Shown here one piece after another: positions 62,953 to 64,000 of a stretch of DNA of 64,000 nt; the first letter of the stretch is position 1, and every line of letters starts with the position of its first letter. Below the pieces are notes generated by a model that did not search any database, had not been told where the DNA came from, and saw only the letters and a program-made list of their open reading frames with translations. A program made the position numbers and the translations under genes. Origin of the DNA: an uncultured Acidobacteriaceae bacterium (lineage in GTDB: Bacteria; Acidobacteriota; Terriglobia; Bryobacterales; Bryobacteraceae); assembly GCA_963838245.1 (NCBI GenBank), contig CAWIQM010000003.1:303055-367054 (forward strand). The letters are read 5' to 3'.

Positions 62953-63924
62953 TTACTCGTTCGACTCCTTTTTCTCTTCCACCACAGCTTCCACGGCGGG
63001 TGTCGCCGCAGGGGCTTCCGCCACCGGGGGCTCGACCACCGGGACTGCCGCTGCTTCGGGCTTCACGTCCTTCCAGCTCAGCGTGGGAGGCGCAAGCGGA
63101 GGAATGATAGGCGCGGTTGATTTCGCCGGCTGGGACATCTCAATGGGCGGCGGCACCTGGATGGCCGGCCCGCTTGTTTCGGCGCTGGGCGCATGGCCCA
63201 TCGGGCGGCGCTCGCGGGTATCGTCGCGGCGGCGCGGGGGCCGGCGCATTTCACCCTCATTGCGGAGCGAATTGCTGCGCTTACTGGTGTTGCTGCTGCC
63301 TTCGATGATCTCGCCCTTGTAGATCCAAACCTTGATTCCGATGACACCGTAGGTGGTGTAGGCCTCAGTGAATCCGTAGTCGATATCGGCACGCAATGTG
63401 TGCAGCGGCAGCTGCCCCTGCAGGTACCACTCACTGCGAGCGATTTCAGCGCCATTGAGGCGGCCCGACACGCGAACCTTGATGCCTTTGCAGCCGAAAC
63501 GCAGCGCTGAGTCAACCGCTTTGCGCATGGCACGGCGAAACGCTACCCGCTTTTCGAGCTGCAGCGCGATCGATTCGCTGACCAGCTGCGCGTCGAGCTC
63601 GGGACGGTGCACTTCCTGAATATCGATGAAGATCTCACGCTTGGTCTTCTTGGCAAGGTCGCCCTTGAGCTTTTCGATTTCCGCACCCTTGCGTCCGATG
63701 ATGATGCCGGGCCGCGAAGTACGAATCGTGATGCGCAGCTTATTGCCGGGGCGATCGACCTCAATGGAGCTGACACCGGCCGCTTTCAGGCGAGCGAGCA
63801 ACGACTCCTTCAGTTCGAGATCTTCGTGCAGGAGCTTGGAATAGTCCTGCTTGGCGAACCAGCGCGAACGCCACGTCTTGGTGACGCCCAGGCGAAATCC
63901 GTAGGGATGTACTTTCTGACCCAT
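62953..63924 (-). CDS. rpsC: 30S ribosomal protein S3 with ~100-aa Pro/Ala-rich C-terminal extension
   Basis: 323 aa; [14 protein letters not shown]-terminus. Confidence 0.9.
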   Translation of the reverse strand: MGQKVHPYGFRLGVTKTWRSRWFAKQDYSKLLHEDLELKESLLARLKAAGVSSIEVDRPGNKLRITIRTSRPGIIIGRKGAEIEKLKGDLAKKTKREIFIDIQEVHRPELDAQLVSESIALQLEKRVAFRRAMRKAVDSALRFGCKGIKVRVSGRLNGAEIARSEWYLQGQLPLHTLRADIDYGFTEAYTTYGVIGIKVWIYKGEIIEGSSNTSKRSNSLRNEGEMRRPPRRRDDTRERRPMGHAPSAETSGPAIQVPPPIEMSQPAKSTAPIIPPLAPPTLSWKDVKPEAAAVPVVEPPVAEAPAATPAVEAVVEEKKESNE

Positions 63925-63935
63925 AGCTTTGTTTA

Positions 63936-64000
63936 AGTCATCAGCACGCGCTTACGCGCGGCCTCATCCAACTTATTCCTCTCCTGCTTCGGCCTTTTTT
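63936..64000 (-). CDS. rplV: 50S ribosomal protein L22, 3' end only (frame uncertain)
   Basis: Expected gene order upstream of rpsC; an open frame reaches the window edge and stops 9-17 nt before the rpsC ATG. Confidence 0.35.

Noticed and set aside
63078-63936. ORFs antisense or alternative-frame within rpsC (for example 63078..63533, 63193..63510)
   Set aside because: Overlap a highly conserved ribosomal protein gene; Arg/Ala-rich composition typical of GC-rich off-frames.

Overview
High-GC bacterial chromosomal window. The gene content suggests Acidobacteriota: TPR/zinc-ribbon Ser/Thr kinase with ECF sigma, HAF-repeat secreted proteins, CadC-like one-component regulators, and weak Shine-Dalgarno use. 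This lineage guess is inference.

Gene order, start to end:
- 1-2.3 kb: malQ (4-alpha-glucanotransferase) plus a GPH/MFS sugar-transporter operon.
- 2.4-7.3 kb: a ~4.8 kb segment encoding an unusual wHTH-TM-FGE/SUMF1-alpha/beta-hydrolase regulator and two secreted proteins, one of them HAF-repeat. It is bracketed by ~225-bp direct repeats of the malQ 5' end and ends next to an initiator-like tRNA-Met.
- 7.5-10.1 kb: NIPSNAP protein, uppS, an HTH_34 regulator and a membrane protein.
- 10.2-12.6 kb: a TonB-dependent receptor that is frameshifted in a C-run, preceded by a cobalamin-riboswitch-like leader.
- 12.9-14.9 kb: selB interrupted by an in-frame TGA.
- 15-19.4 kb: acyl-CoA carboxyltransferase, lepA, ribH-nusB.
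- 19.5-24.7 kb: a second HAF protein divergent from a Ser/Thr kinase plus ECF sigma factor.
- 24.7-29.2 kb: the classic mnmE-jag-yidC-yidD-rnpA-rpmH cluster, with no dnaA.
- 29.4-30.8 kb: FAD-linked oxidase.
- 31.0-31.1 kb: tRNA-Thr.
- 31.4-35.3 kb: SPFH/band-7 protein plus a fatty-acyl-AMP ligase-ACP-acyltransferase tri-domain fusion.
- 35.3-44.7 kb: nitroreductase, rlmI, hsp20, a catalase-family protein, PilZ, rarA, a SpoU methyltransferase, a YdcF-like protein and a sigma54 activator with a degenerate receiver.
- 44.7-49.5 kb: dtd, acpS and an 1140-aa LplT-acyltransferase-acyl-ACP-synthetase fusion.
- 49.6-50.7 kb: a TIR-domain membrane protein.
- 50.8-64.0 kb: the alpha/spc/S10 ribosomal-protein superoperon, running from rplQ to rpsC with the rplV 3' end at the window edge.

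Sequence quality: rplE and secY are each split by a single frameshift. These are essential genes, so indel errors are the likely cause and the TonB-receptor frameshift and selB TGA should be read with that in mind.

No CRISPR array, transposase or integrase was seen.

Most novel candidates:
- the TIR-transmembrane protein (49609-50661);
- the wHTH-FGE-hydrolase regulator (2400-4865);
- the two sensor/HAF gene pairs;
- the two permuted acyl-lipid remodelling fusions (32691-35285 and 46036-49458).
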